A stretch of DNA of 64,000 bases from Camelus ferus (Eukaryota). The first letter of the stretch is position 1. Each line of letters starts with the position of its first letter. The notes beneath the pieces were generated by a model. It was not told the DNA's origin, did not search any database, and was given only the letters and a program-made list of their open reading frames with translations. The stretch lies in assembly GCF_009834535.1 (NCBI RefSeq), contig NC_045696.1, positions 72,108,001 to 72,172,000 on the forward strand, written 5' to 3'. The position numbers and the translations under genes are program-made. This document shows, piece after piece, positions 26,301-41,300 of this stretch.

Positions 26301-29300
26301 GAAAAGCTCAAAATTATGAACTCATAGGGTTACATAAGAGGTTATTTAAGCAGTGCTTGTCAAAGCCATTCATTTGATCAAGTGAACACAGGCAGATTAG
26401 AAACTCTGAGAATAAAAAAGAACTTAAAAAATATATATGATTAAGAATCCACAAGATACTGATAGGGTGAGAAGTTGAAGGGTGCCAAAACTAAAAAAAA
26501 AAAAAAAAAAGTTGTAATACTTTTTCTCTTCAAACCAGACTGGAGTTAAAGTTAATATATAGTTTCGGTATTTTAATATGAAAAGTTCTAGGATTTAAAC
26601 TTTCATTCTCTCCCATCAAAAGACATCTCTAGACTACTGGTTATTTTTTGTGGAAAGAGAATGGATCTGTATGTGGAGATAAAGCTATATACAAGAAATA
26701 CAAAATATTTGTTCAATTTATAGATGCACTAAACAGTGCAGGGTATGAAATGTTCCGGCAGTCATTATAGTGTACAAAGACAAATATGCACATGTATTTA
26801 CAACACAGATTAAGGCAAGATAAAAGAAATGGGCAACTCTCACTTCCAAGTAACTGAAACTTAAAACTTTAAATTTTATGGTGAATTTTGTAGCTTAAAT
26901 TACTCAACATGCAGGAGCATTCTTAAATATGAATAATATGACAAGCAGAAGCATAAGAATTGTGCTAGGAAAGGTAGTTAAGATGTAAAATATATAACAA
27001 GGTACAGATCTCTGTCCTGTTATGCTGAATTTTCATCTGAATTTTATTCTCAAAGAAGAAATGGATTTTTTTAACATATATATTGATAGAGATCAAATTA
27101 GAGACAGAGCTATGCTAACAAAAATGCACCACTCTTAATCCATGCCTCTGCCCATCTTTTGAATATTTTTTAATTGACTTTCAGCATGCAGAAGAGTTAA
27201 CGAGGTTCTACTCCTCCTACTCTACCTAAGTTTGCTCAGCTGATTCCTTGCCCTCGACAATGGCTGCAGTGCGATGAACTCATCACTTAAAGCGACTGTG
27301 TTGGAGTACATCTATAAGTGGACAGAAAAGGGATGGGACATACAAGTCAGTGAGCTGTATTCATCACTTAAGAGACAGACACAGGACAAGCTTTGTAAAG
27401 ACATTTATTCCTACAAGAGTAGGAAATATACATGATATACATACATGACTGACGTTAGTAGGGCTGTTGGCTTTGCCATCAAAAGAATTTACTCTTAATA
27501 CGACACTGTTATTCTGGAGAAAAACAAAGCTCAAAACAAATGCTGACCTGACAACTCTTCTTTTAATAGGATTTTTCTTGCTACTTTTGGTAAAAAATGA
27601 AGTAAACAGCTGACAACTTTCTAACAATTTTGTCATTTGAAATCAGAGGTGGCAGTCCAAGGCTGAAATAGTAAAGATTAGTGACTAAAGTAAAGGAATA
27701 ATGTCACACATGGGATTTGAATGACCATACACTGTTTCAACAAAAACAAAACCAAAATCAAAAACCCCTAGCAGGCTAGAAGATCCCTGAGTGGAAGTGA
27801 GATTTCCTCTTTAGATTAGACCACAGTAGAACATCCAGTAAAGTAATTTAAAAGGAATTTAGTGGGGCAGAAAGGGAGCTTATGCTGGCTTTCACACACA
27901 GAAAAATGATTGATTTTTAATCAATTCCATTTTTTATCAACTTAACCAATGGTAAAAGAACCATAATATATATAAAGTACTTTTAACTTTTTCTTATCTA
28001 AGGGACCACCTTAAGGTATCCAATATTTCCTGTGTAATCCTTTAAAAGAGGCTATAAAAGCAGTAATAAGAACTAATATCACTTTTTCATTACCATTAAG
28101 AAATCTCTATGAAAATACTTAAGTTTGCAAATGCTCTGCCTAAAGAAGACTTTCTAAGGAAATGCAAACAAATCTGATTATTTACTTTTATAAAGAATTA
28201 AGCTTTTAAAGTGATGTCATTAATATATTTTGGTGAAATATAACTTTACATAGCCAAAAGGGCGAGACAAATATGTTCTCCATAATGGTCTAGAAGAAGT
28301 ATAATAGACGATGTATTAAAAATGGCATTCTCTTACCATAAATATTTATCTCTGAAGATAAGAAAAAAGATAGGCAAATCTTTCTGATATATATTTAAGT
28401 AATATATTGCAGAGTGGAAAAGCTTGTCTATAGGCAGACAGAGTAATCAAGATCATGCAAATTTTTTCAACCCCATGTGGAGATCAGTATCACAGAACAA
28501 CATGCTCATCGCCCTTAAAATTATGTTCTTACTGAGAACTTAGTACACACGACCCACGATGAGTTTTTATATTCATTATTTCTAACAATCAGGTAAGGCA
28601 GTAATTATTATTCTGATTTTACAGAAGTGGAAATTGAGGTTTAGGGAAGTGACTTAACCAAGGACATACATTTTATAAATGGTTAAAACAGTATTTGAAT
28701 TAAGTCTGTCAGGCTTCAGAGGCCTATGCTGTTCCTACGGTGTTAAAATGTATACTGACTAGGACTGAGTTATCAAAGCAAATAAATGTTAAAGAAATGT
28801 TGATATGATCAACTGAAATTAAAACCAATACACCATTTAGAAAGCCTAACTCAAATTACTAAATACCTGGGGAGCATTTATTCTATTTGTAGCATAAACA
28901 TGCAACTAAACTTCCAAAATTTAAACAAAATTTGCTTGATGTGTAGCAAACATGCAAAAATAAAATAAAACAAAAAAACACAATCCAGGCAGAACCAAAT
29001 GATTAATAAACTCTGTTTATAAAGGCTGAAATAAAAGTTGATTAGAATATATTTTTGAGGATATATATTCAATGCTATGGCACTGTTAATAGGACAAATT
29101 AAGATAGATTTCTAGTTTATGTACAAGTCAAATATACAAAAAAGACATTCAACGAAACAGCTACCATTTCTTGAGCATCTACTCTGTCTGAATATTATTT
29201 CATTCAATACTCATTACAAAGGTAATGAAGTAGACATTTTTGTCAAAATTTTACTCATGAGGAAATGGAGACTTAAAGTCACAGAGCTATCCAGTAGTAG

Positions 29301-32300
29301 AAGTGAATTTTAACTGACAACTACCAGGCCCTAAAGATCATATTCCTAAACACTACATAACATACTGATAATACCTATTATACATTAATATTTATTAGTA
29401 AGTGTTTAGTGAGAGAATATTTTAAAAATCCATTCTGTAAAAATTAATTAGGTTAAAAAACTTATTTCATACTTTTGTTGAAAATAACATAACCTGAAGA
29501 AGTATTACTCAAATTCTAATATTTCTTTTTGTATGTTTGTTGTTTTTTTAAGGGTAGGGGAAATACTTAATATAGGAATAATTTCCTATCTTCTGATATA
29601 AGCAAATTATAATGACAGCTATTCATCATTAAAGACTCCTAGTTAAAAAGCTATTGTATATAAAAAGGTTACCTGTGCCTTTTCAATATTTGTAGGATGG
29701 ACCTGTTGGTCAAATACTTTCTTCATAATATCAAGAAATAGACATGTAACAACCATGAGAATTATGGCAAACCAAGCTGAACCACTTGACAGGAGCTGAA
29801 TAAATACAAAGTACATATTCTGGGACCCCAAAAATGGCCTGCAAAGAAAGAAAATGGGCTTAATAAAAGTAGAAACTGAAGACAGATTCTTAAGTCAAGA
29901 TATCAAGTAAATCCAGTATATCTGAAGGTTACAATTTTAAAAATACACCATGAAAATGTACAAAATTTGGAATCACTGAAATTTAATTAATCAACTAACA
30001 AAACAAGACAAGATTTAATTGTTAAAAAATAAAATCCAATTTAATTAGTTTCAATGAAAACTGTAATTTTCACAATTAGGAAAAGGCAAGTAGTTGACTA
30101 GATCATTCTTAGTGGTACAATATCAAAAGAATTATGTAAAATACAGACTTGAGAGACGAAAATAAAAGCAATAAAAAGTATGTAACAAAATATTTTCTAC
30201 TAGGCAACTACAAGCTTGATTACCCAAATTTTAGGCTGAAAAGGTCTTAGAAGTTCTTCTCTACAAATATGTTTTAAAATAAATGCACTCACGAAAAATA
30301 TTAGTTCTATATACAAGTAGGTATTGTCAGGATACTCTTTTTGGGGTTTTATACATATCACTTCAAAAGAATATAGGGAAATATATAAAGAAATGATGAG
30401 GATTAAAAACAAACATTACAAATGCTATGCATAAGAGTATCCTTATATGATCCTAAATGAAAGTTATTAATGTTTAGCCAACCCAAGTTTTTGCCTACCT
30501 TTAAGTTTTTGCCTTATACAGGGATCACAGGCACAGCATGTAAATGTAATATAAATTCTTCAACTGAGAGACTTTAGCTGCCCATCACGTACCAATGACT
30601 CTTAGAAGAGGTATTAATTTTTAATCTATCAGAGTAGCTGAATATCTGATTTTTACCAATGAAGATGCAGCATACTATTTACTTAAATTGAGAGAGGAGT
30701 TAATGCATTCATGAAAATTTAATGGTTCTGTGCAACTTATTTTATTACATACATTAATAATAATTTAAAGGTAATATTGGTAGTGTAAAGAACACTACTG
30801 AGTAAATCCCAGCTTTGCTTACTTTTCAACCTTTGTGATCTTGGGATTCAGTTTCCAAATAGAAAAAATGGGGTAATAAGATTATGATGATGAATCAATG
30901 TCATATCTTAGGTAAAACACCTAGAATGTAGTAAGTATTAAGTAATTGTTAGTTTCTTTTTCCCTACATATCAGTAAGATCAACTGAAAGAACTATATTT
31001 CTTATCACAATAGGGTCTCAAAATTATTCTAAGCAGAATTTGTTCATAATTTATCACAATAAATATTTGTTAGAGTTGAATCAATATAATTAAAATATAA
31101 TTTAGCCACTCACCAGAGAATCCCTCCATAAAACAAAGAAAATACAAAATAGAATAAAATAGATCCCCAGGTAACAAGATGATTGATCCAGGTCCAAAAA
31201 TGAGTTTCCAAAGCCATCTAAAACAATAAATTGAAAAATCCTGAATATAAATTAATACATCTTTAACTTCTCAGATAAAACTCAAGAATAAAATGTATTA
31301 ATTATAAGTGACTAAGGTTCCTATGGCGAAGTCCCTCAGAAGGTAAACATTAATGAAAGGATCCTAGAATGGAATTGAACAATTTCAAGTTTAGGTTAAT
31401 TTTCTTCTGTGAGGAAGCAGCATTAAAATTTCATCAGTACTTTATTCTCAACTCCATGGCCTAACTCCAATTTGTGTTGTCTTACATTATATATAGAGAA
31501 GCAGAATTTCAGAGATGAGTATTGTTGGGTTAACCTTTATTTGACCATAAAAATCAGCTAAGGCTTCTTTCCAAAATACTGAATTTTAAAAAGGATTTTT
31601 TGACAGAAACTAAAATGAATTATTAAAATAGCGATTATTCATGACTGAAAAAGGAAAAGGGAAAACTATCTGTGGCTAAAAAAATCAAGAAAATTAACAA
31701 TTACACAGATACAAAATGATCCCATGCTTCTAATTTCCATACCGTACCTTTACTGTGACTGTAATAACCATGACTGTGAAGACCAAGGTGCCAAATGTCC
31801 AGTTTCCAAACATCTAAAACAAAGAATAAACCATTATTGTATTATGTGTTAACATGATGCTAAATTAGATGTGAGGCAAAAAGTCACTTTATTTTCACTA
31901 AAAATGACTTGCATCATTTACACCAGTCACATTTGAAATCTGTGACTGCAAAGTTAAAGGATTATGAGAAGAAATACCATAAAGCATTATTATGTAAAAT
32001 GATTCTTTGGATAATATTATCAGATTAGAAACCCAAAGATAGGTTTGGAATTGTGTGGCAAACATGGTTTTTAGTTAGAATGTTAAAATTGTTAGTAACT
32101 GCTTTATTCCTGTCACACAGTAAAAATGATAAACAAAACCCTGATCATTCATAATTATTTTCTGAAACCATTTCTAATCAGAAATCACATAGTAACTTAT
32201 GGTTAAAAAGAATATGAAAACGAATATATGTATGTTCCTATATGACTGAAGTATTGTGCTGTACACCAGAAATTGACACAACATTGCAAACTGACTATAC

Positions 32301-35300
32301 TTTAATAAAAAGATATATATATATGTATATATATAAAAAGAAATCACAGCAGATCAATTGCCACTGTATTTCTAGACACAGCAAAGACAAAGCACATAAA
32401 AAGAGATACATACAAAATCAATACCTGAAAGGAAAGATAATGGCCAGTGGAACTAATCCTCAAGTATTCCATGTAAAAATGAAGTTAATGCCAGTCAGAT
32501 GCTAGTCCCATGGGCTTTACAGCCAAAACTTACTAAGGTTTACTAAAAGTGCGGTATCTCCAAATGTCAGGATTTTATTTCCACAAATAAGAGCACAATC
32601 AGAAGTGTATGTTCATTTACTTTACAAAGTAGTCACAGTCTTTACCGTCGGTTTTAAAAAAAATTTTAAAGACTTTTTTAATTACAGATTTCTAACAATT
32701 AGCATTTACTTGACAAATTACTTAACCTCTCGATAGCTCACCTTTTTCGTTTGTAAAATGGGGAAAAATCTTATAGGTACCTATAAGAATCAGGGTATGC
32801 AAAAAGGAAAAGGTGCCTGGTATACAATTATCAATCAATAAATAATAGCTACTATCATCAGCAATGAAACATCAATTAATATTCATATATTTGAGAGTAT
32901 CTGGGGAAGTTTGTCATGAGGAGAACAGAAAGGTTGTATTAACTTTTCTTGCTTTTATCATCTCTAGAAATGACCTGAAAATACTGAAAAACCACCAGAG
33001 GTCTCACTCAACTCAGCTCTTAAGAGTGCCAGTCTCTTCTTTCAGGGATATGGGGACAGGTATTTGATGCTGTCAGGGAAACTGCCTGGAAGTGCGAACA
33101 ACTACACACGTCTATCCCTCAGTTATCTGGTTTTACTGGGTGCAAACTGGAGCTAGTTACATGGTATCTTCCTTAGGCGCAGAGGACAATTTAGGGCTCT
33201 TTCTTGCATTCAATGCCCTGGAGGGAGCTGTAGAAAACACATTCACATTGCACCCCCCCGCCTTTTTTCTTTGTATAATTAGCAATGTATTTCAATTGTA
33301 ATCAGTCAGTGAGGACTCCTTCCATTCTGATTTCCTCTTGAGCTAGCTGGTGATGAAGTAAGTGGCAGAGGGAATTTTGAGAATCTGGCTAAACAGAAGT
33401 AAAGTTGGACTCATTACATTGGCTTAGGTTAAGTGGGACCTATTTATGTCACTAACAGTCACTTTCACATATACTTAAGTTTGTATTTACAGTTGTATGG
33501 CCCTAAAAAAGGGCCTGCCAAAATGTGTAAGGTTTAGACTTGTGGATGAAAAATACTGCCTGCCATATGGGTAAACAAAGGATTTTGGGGCCATCCTTTG
33601 TTTGGGATGCAGTGGGGCAGCCACTGCAGCCACCCCCAACTGTTAGCCTGAGGGAAGCCAGGACGGAGAAAAGCAGGATACTGGCTCGAGACAGTTAAGG
33701 TGCATATCAAAGGAATGATCTGCCCAGACTCTTGCACCTTCCCATACAAAGAAAAATGCTAAATTCATTAACTTGATATATCTGATTTTCTTTAATTAAT
33801 AGTAATCTTTTGATGTTCCAACTACCTGGTTTTTGCTGCAAAACTCCTATATATCCTGGCTTCCCTCACCTCTTCAGAGCAGTCCCTCAGAGCTATCTGA
33901 GCAGCTATCTTCTGGGCTTAAGTCCTCAGTTTTGTCCATCAAATAAAACATAACTCTCAACTTTAAGGTTGTGGCGGTTTTTTTAGTCGACAGACTACTA
34001 AACCTGGATCTGCCCCTGCTAAGAAGAGACAGATGCTCAAAACACTTTCTATTACAATCTGCCTATTTTCTGGATTACTTCTTCTAACTTATTTTGTTAC
34101 CTAATTATTTAATAAAGCCAAGCGTGTATTCCAAACTAAAAAAGGATCAATCATTATCCATTTGTAATACTCAATAATAGTAACTGAGCACTGAGTCTAT
34201 GCCAAGCACCATTCCAGGCCTTGGGGAATAAAGCAGTGATAAAGTAAAGTTCCTGAGCTGACACACAGTAAGCTTACATGCAGAGGAGACAGAAAATAAA
34301 TAAATCTAAAAATACATACTTTCAGGTAGAGATTAGTGCTATGAAGAAAAATAAATGTAGAGTAAGGGGTCAGGAAGCGATGGAAGGTGAGGGAGATGGG
34401 ATTTTACTGGAGTGGGCTAGAAAGGCCTACTCAAGTCAGTGATATCTGAACAGACCTGAATGAATGAGGGAGTCAATTACATGACCATGTGAATAAAAAG
34501 CATTCAAGCAGAGAAACAGCAAGTGCAGAAGTCATAAGCCAGAAACAAATTGGACTGAAGAAGCAAGAAAACCAGTGTGGCTGGAGTAGAGTGAATAAAA
34601 GGGAGGGTGGTAGAAAATGCAGTCCAAGAGGTAGTCCAAGATCTTATTTTTAAAAGATCACCTGGGCTGCTGTATGGACAATGGATAACAGGAAAGGGAA
34701 GAACAGAAACAGAAGCAGGAAGGCAGTTACTATGGTCCCAGAAAGAGATGGTGATGATTTGCATGGTGTGGAGGAGGAAAGAAGTAGAAACGCTCGGGAT
34801 ATGAGCGACACTGAAATCAATGTGACTGCACATAGGCTGTGAGAGAAGTGAAATCAAGGATGATTCCTAGACTTCTGCTTGAGTAGTTGGGTAAAAGGTA
34901 GTTCCATTTATTAATACAGAAAGAACTGGAAGGGAAATGGGTTGGCAGAAGACACAAAAAAAGTATTTTTTAAGCAATATTAAGCTTGGGATTCATATGA
35001 GACCTAGAAGTAGAGAAAGCAGTTACTTGAATCATGGAGAGACTGCCAAAGATGTAAAATTGGAAGTTCAGCATAAAAGCAGTATTTAAACCATGAGAAG
35101 GATGAATTCACCTTGTGTACAGACAAAGGAAAGTTGGCACAGCACTGAGCTCTAGGCTACTTACTGCTCTGTGTAGAACAGTGGTTCTCAAGTTGGGTGG
35201 GGAGGGGGGGATTTTGCCTCCCAGGGAACAGCTGGCTGGGTCTGAAGACATTTTTGGTTGTCATAAGAAAAGGGAAAAACAATTAAAAATTAGTCACTAG

Positions 35301-38300
35301 TTCACAGTTCTCTTAATATATTTTGTTCTCCAGCAACTTGTTAAGGAGTGACAGTGAAGGAATGCTTTTTTTAAATGATGCTCTGAAGGTAAAGATCTGC
35401 CCATAGGAAAGCAGTTTATAGACACACACACATAAACAGGTACTCAGACATGTCATATACATTCTTACAGTCTTTTCAAATCTCAGAGAAATTTTCTCTG
35501 GATTCTTATATTTTACTATGGGAAAGGAAGACTATTAAAAAGATCTGAGAGGATTATACAAAGAATTAATAGTTCTTTCCTAAGTTAAAGAGAAATTAAG
35601 AATGAATGACTACTTTAAAAATTCTGTTGAAAATTTATTAGTAGCTATAATATTCATGGTACTGCTAGGCCTTTACACAAAAGACAGGGATAGAATCTTA
35701 ATTTTTCCTGAACTGTCCTACCCTGTGTGGACCCCAGACTACTGCAACTCTTTCTTCTGCTCTTCCCTCAGTACCACTTGTTTGTACTGACTTCACCTTT
35801 ACCTCTAAGTCACTCTTCTTCCCAGTACCTCTCTCCCTAATGTTTTCTACTCTAGGTCCTCAATTGTTTGCGGACTTCTTGGGCATACAAGAATAATAAC
35901 TGGAAAACAGAAAGCATTCAACCTATTCACGTCTGAACAATGGGAAAGGGACTAGATGTCTAAAAAGATTTTTAGTACAGGGAGATGTTAAGAGGGATCT
36001 GGAGCAAAAGGTCTGTGGGCTCAACCCTGAAAAATGGTCATAAGAAAGACTTTGGGAAAAAGAGGCAAGAGCACTCTAGAGATGAAAGAGCAATGGCTTG
36101 GAACTAGAAAGGAGCACTGCATGTTCTGAGAGAGACCTGAATGAATAAGGGAGTCAGTAAAAGCAGAGTTTCTGGGAGGAGCAGATCAGACAGGATCTTC
36201 AATATAATGATTTGACAGTAATAACAAGTAATATGGCTAGCATTTACTACATAAATTTTTTTCCTATATAATATTTCAAATTTACTATCATGGGCACGTT
36301 ACCTTTAAAATCAGAAAAAAAAAAGTAGTAACTACAAACAAAAGATCTCTTTGACTTCCTTTTCATCTAACGACATCTTTCGCCTTTCTTAACTCTTTCC
36401 CCTTCTTTGTTCTGTCCAGTTTTCAGCCCAATTATCTCAGATGGAAATGGGCACGCTCACTCATATGTCTATATATTTGAAAGTCCTTGTACAGGTGGCA
36501 ATACTGCACGGAAGGACACTTTGCTAATACTTGCTTTTCAAAGAAATTTAGGATCATGGGTAGGCATATGGGCTTTGAAGTCATACAGATCTGAGTTTAA
36601 ATACTACTCTAGTAATTTACTTACTGTGTTACCTAAGGCAAATTCCTTAACCTCTCTGAGGTTAATTTTCTAATATGTAAAAAGTAACATACTTTCTTCA
36701 CCCAGATTGTTATAACGAGTTAATAAGCTAATATATGTAATATACCTGGCACAGAGAAAAAATTCAGTAAGTAGTTACTACTTGGGGAAGCACTGTATCC
36801 TTCATGCTACACAAACCAGATTCAAATATTTGGCCAACCCAGGCTAAATATGTCCTCAAAAGTGACATGGTAGTAACATGTATGTTCCTGTTTTACATCC
36901 TAAATGGATATGCATGGTTAAATCCTCTCTACAATTGAAACCAATTTCCTTCACTGCATTTGAATGTTTTGTTATTATTTTACTTGCTTATTTTCTGTAT
37001 CTGTCACAAGACTCTAAGCTCCATGACTGTGTTAGTTATTCTCATATATTCAGAGCCTAGCATAGTTCACAGGAATGGTGGTCCTCAATAAATGTTTGTT
37101 GAACAGATAAAACTTCATATTCTCCCAACTTCATATCTTGTATCTCTATGTCTACAAATACATTATGGAATATTTAAGTACTGCCAATGGAAAAGGGAAA
37201 CTAAAGGTGACAAGCATTTCCAGTCCACCACAAACAACTGCTGTCAATCCCTTTCCTCCTAACCCATCTAGCTAAGCCTAGAAAGAGGCCTAGTTCTGCC
37301 AAGAGTTCTCTCAACATGAGCAATCCAGTCACGACACAGAAACAATGTACAGTGTGGTACTCTTTCCCAATTTCACGTTTCAGAAAAGTGGCCATTCTAA
37401 ACAGTAACTTGACATTTTCAGAACTGCTGGTATGCCCTGAAGACTATGGCAACATTTCCTAAGCATACCCAAAAAATAATTCACGCAATTAAAAGCAAAA
37501 ACCTAACCACTCAGTCCTGGTTTCTCATCTAAAAAGGCCGGGTCATAATCTCTCTCCAACAGTATTATGGTATAGTGAGCGTTAATGGAAATGGGCCATG
37601 TAAAGCACTTAGCACAACAGTAAGCACTAAATTAACAGTAGCTATTATTAAAACACAATCCTGAAGTGAACAGCAGGCAGGGGCATGAACATATCCTCTT
37701 GTGTGAATTAATCTTTTAACAGCAAAACTGCTTAGGTAACTTGAGTTTCATGTTAAGATTACATTGCATTGCCTTTTTGTTTTAATTTTCATTTGTATGA
37801 AATTTTATTAAGAAAAAAGTTCAAACCCTTTTTATACTTGCATTTTAATATCTGCAATTTTATAACTTAAATTGAATTTTACTTTTTATGACAGAAAGGT
37901 ACAAGAAAAAACCAAACAAAATCAAATTATTAACAAATATTAAAAAAAAAAACACTATATATTTTACCTGGCCATTTCCAAGCAGAGATGTATCTTTCCC
38001 AATTAGAAAATAGGATCCAAAAAAGAAAATAAAGGCATGACTGAAACCCAAGAGGGTCCAATAAAGAAATGTTTTAATGCTTAGTTGACGGTTTTTACTA
38101 ATGTCTCTGCAAATTAAAAAGAGAAAGAGAAACACATTAGGACTTATATTTATTATTTACCTACTAAATAATTATTACAATTTGATAATTAAAAAACAAG
38201 ATGGATTTTTAAAATTTAAGATTGCTTAGAAATTTTTGCAAAACAAATTCTAATTTACAAACCACTGCTTATATCAGGTATCTGTGTAACAGCTTATAGT

Positions 38301-41300
38301 TCTCATAATACACTTAAATGTTTTCTCATTTGATGAAGAAATATGATACAGACATTATACTTCAGTTTAATTGTGAAAAATTGACTTATCTATATCATAT
38401 TCTGTTGTAAACATTCTGGAAAAAGTGTTCGTTTTCTCTTTAATGGTCAACAATTATAAACCATTTGACAACTTCCCTTAGTAAAGCTTTAATTACCAAG
38501 ACACTGCCTAATATATTTGCTTAATTTTAAGGTATTTTTAAAAATTGGCAATTGTAACATTCTACCTGCAGTCAGAAATGTTACAAACATTTAATACTGG
38601 AAAATACTTACCGATAGAGGGTAGGCTTGTTCTGTAATACATGAGGGTCTATATGTTGTTCTAATAGACTATATATCAGAATAGGTAGGGATGTAAAACA
38701 AATATTATATAAAGTCAGGTACACGCTGTCATACAGTGTCTAGAAAGAGAAATTGGTAGGAACTTTGAGACTTTAAACTATACATTACTATTATACTTAA
38801 GCATTTAATCATAATAAAGAAGCATATTAAAAACATAAAAATACAGTTTTTTTCAATTTACACAAAATCCATTTTAATAATTCCAATTTGTTTCTTATAG
38901 AGACACAAAGATAATATTACTAGATTTATATTCTTTGTGGAAATTGAAACATTTTGTTATGTCAAGTGTTTCTAGAATTCTAGTGAATTGGATCTGTATG
39001 TCACTGTGATGCAATTCTACACAATTCTCCTACATGCATCTTAGGCTTGTTATTATCCCTTTGATATGCTATACACGTAGTTTTGCTTTCATGGCTTTGT
39101 CTTCCCATCTAACCGCTGTACTTCCTTTAATCCATGATCCAGGAAACTTAAAATCATTGGCTCAAATTCTTGATGATAGCTTCCTTTTCTAAACAGTCAT
39201 ACGTGCTACTGCTTGTACTAATGGCTTAGCACTTGGCCTACACTTCATATATTGTTTCTGTTGATTTTGATACTGTCTCTCAAACTATACTATGAACTTG
39301 AAAACCTAATCAAAATAGGTTAAGTCTCCTTGTCACATACTCTTACAGCATTCTTTTTTTCACCTAAGTAAGCAAACATTTTACTGGCAATCAATGTCCA
39401 AGCAAATATTAGAAATTTAGGGTAACAAGTTTGTAAACAGAGGAGAAAATGGTGATTATGGGTAGAAACAACTCATAAAAAACCTAAAATAATTAAGCTC
39501 TTGTCATTTCAATAAATTAACACAAATGTCTCGATCAATTAGATATGTGGAATGTGGTATGTGAAAATGGTGCTCAGTTACTCAGAAGCAGTAGGTCCAA
39601 GGATGATTTAGTTACTAACTTAGCTATGAGATCTTGGGCAAGTTACTTAATCTCCATGGATTTCAATCTCCTTTTTTTATGGGACATATGTACAATAAAA
39701 GATCCACCATGTGTGCATCACAGCTACTGCTAACTTATCACATAGTTTTCCCTCTGAACCTATAGCTTCAAGAACTCTTTTCAATATAGCTCTCCTGGGG
39801 CCTCTAACAATTTTATTTAGTTACCTTCTGAGATAAAACCTATAGGTCACCCCTAGACTCAATCACTAAGGTTCCTTCTAAATCTAAAAAAAATTTTGAG
39901 TCAAAAAATAAATAATGAAGTAATCCCCCAATAGTTATCTGGCCTGGCTTCATATGGATTTTTACAGAAATATTACATATCATATGAGTTGAATTCATAA
40001 ACCATTCAAGAGTTCAAAAAATTCATAAACTATTACGAGTTAACATCCATTTTTAAAAAAAGCATCCAGAATTAAAATATACTTTGGTATTAACATTCAC
40101 TTTGGAGGGGAGGGTATAGCTCAAGTGGCAGAGTGCATGCTTAGCATGCATGGGATCTTGAGTTCAATCCCTAGTACCTCCTCTAAGAATAAATAAATAA
40201 ACCTAATTACCTACCCCCACCAAAAAAAAAAAAAAAAAAAAGTAATCTTAAAAAACAAACAAAAAAAGATGCACTTTGAACTGAAAATTAGAGTGAATGA
40301 ATATAAATATTATACTAATTAAATATACTAATTAGAAAAGTTCTGTTTAGTTATCTGTAGGACTAGGAAAAACGGAAAAAATCCCTTTAAGTATCTATCA
40401 AAAACTAAACATACAAACTTTATTCTGAAAGGATAAAAGAAAAGCTTCTATTTACCTACCTGTTGAGAAAACAAACAGTAGAACTGATACAAAAATTGGG
40501 GTGTGATAAAGCACACATTCTGAAAAAAAAAAAAAGAATGGAAATAATTAAAATATTTAGGTCAAAAGAGAAATAATTTCTAAAACCGGCTATTAAAGAG
40601 TCCAACAATCTCAGCTGACATGTTAAGTAGAAGATCTGCCCATAAGAACTTGTCCATATACAATGGAAAATTAGGATTCCCATTTTACTGAAGAAAAATC
40701 TAAAAGTTGTCTAAGCAGCACTGCAAATGTCAGCATGAAAATACTCTTGACTGCTAATACTGCCAAGCAATACCATAATTTTGAGTTTACAATCTGCCAA
40801 CTGTTTTTCAGTATTTTTCATATCTAGGACAGTAGGTAAGGTTTACTTATACTTTTAGGGCTAAAATTGCTTTAAAATGTAAAAATACAACAAATGGGAC
40901 TATCAACCATCCTTCCATTCTAACAGACTTATGTCACAGCAAAAGCTATGGTAACAGCTAGAAAAAAATCTGCCATTGGCGTCTATTAGCATCATGCGAT
41001 CTACCTGTGCCCTTTCATTGGGTTTTAGCTATTATTTAATTACAGGAATATATGCAATATAGGACAAACACTGTGATGTATTTAATGTCTTGGTACTCAG
41101 GGGCTTTTTTAACATTGGTTCCACAGAACCCTAAGTTTGACCCAAAGGGTCAAGAGAGAACAGTATTTCAACATAATTGGTTTCCTTGTAAACCTATGGA
41201 TTTTATTTTATGCATCTAAAATTCCTATACTGAATAGTTTATACGTTTCTATCAGATGACCAAATGGTAATTCATGGCCCCAAAAAGATTAACATCTGCT

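Noticed and set aside
30485..30515. Short duplication aagtttttgcct x2 (similar micro-duplications near 39990-40040, 40305-40333 and 48036-48070)
   Set aside because: Ordinary slippage events with no apparent link to splice signals
34504..34857. 117-aa minus-strand ORF
   Set aside because: Lies inside an L2 remnant; chance or decayed frame
40105..40178. tRNA-like sequence with A and B boxes
   Set aside because: Continues into a SINE body and poly(A) and has dispersed diverged copies; a SINE, not a tRNA gene
40454..40459. Tandem donor GTAGGT (second GT at +5) after the 60-nt exon
   Set aside because: A normal part of the donor consensus; use would frameshift and there is no evidence for it
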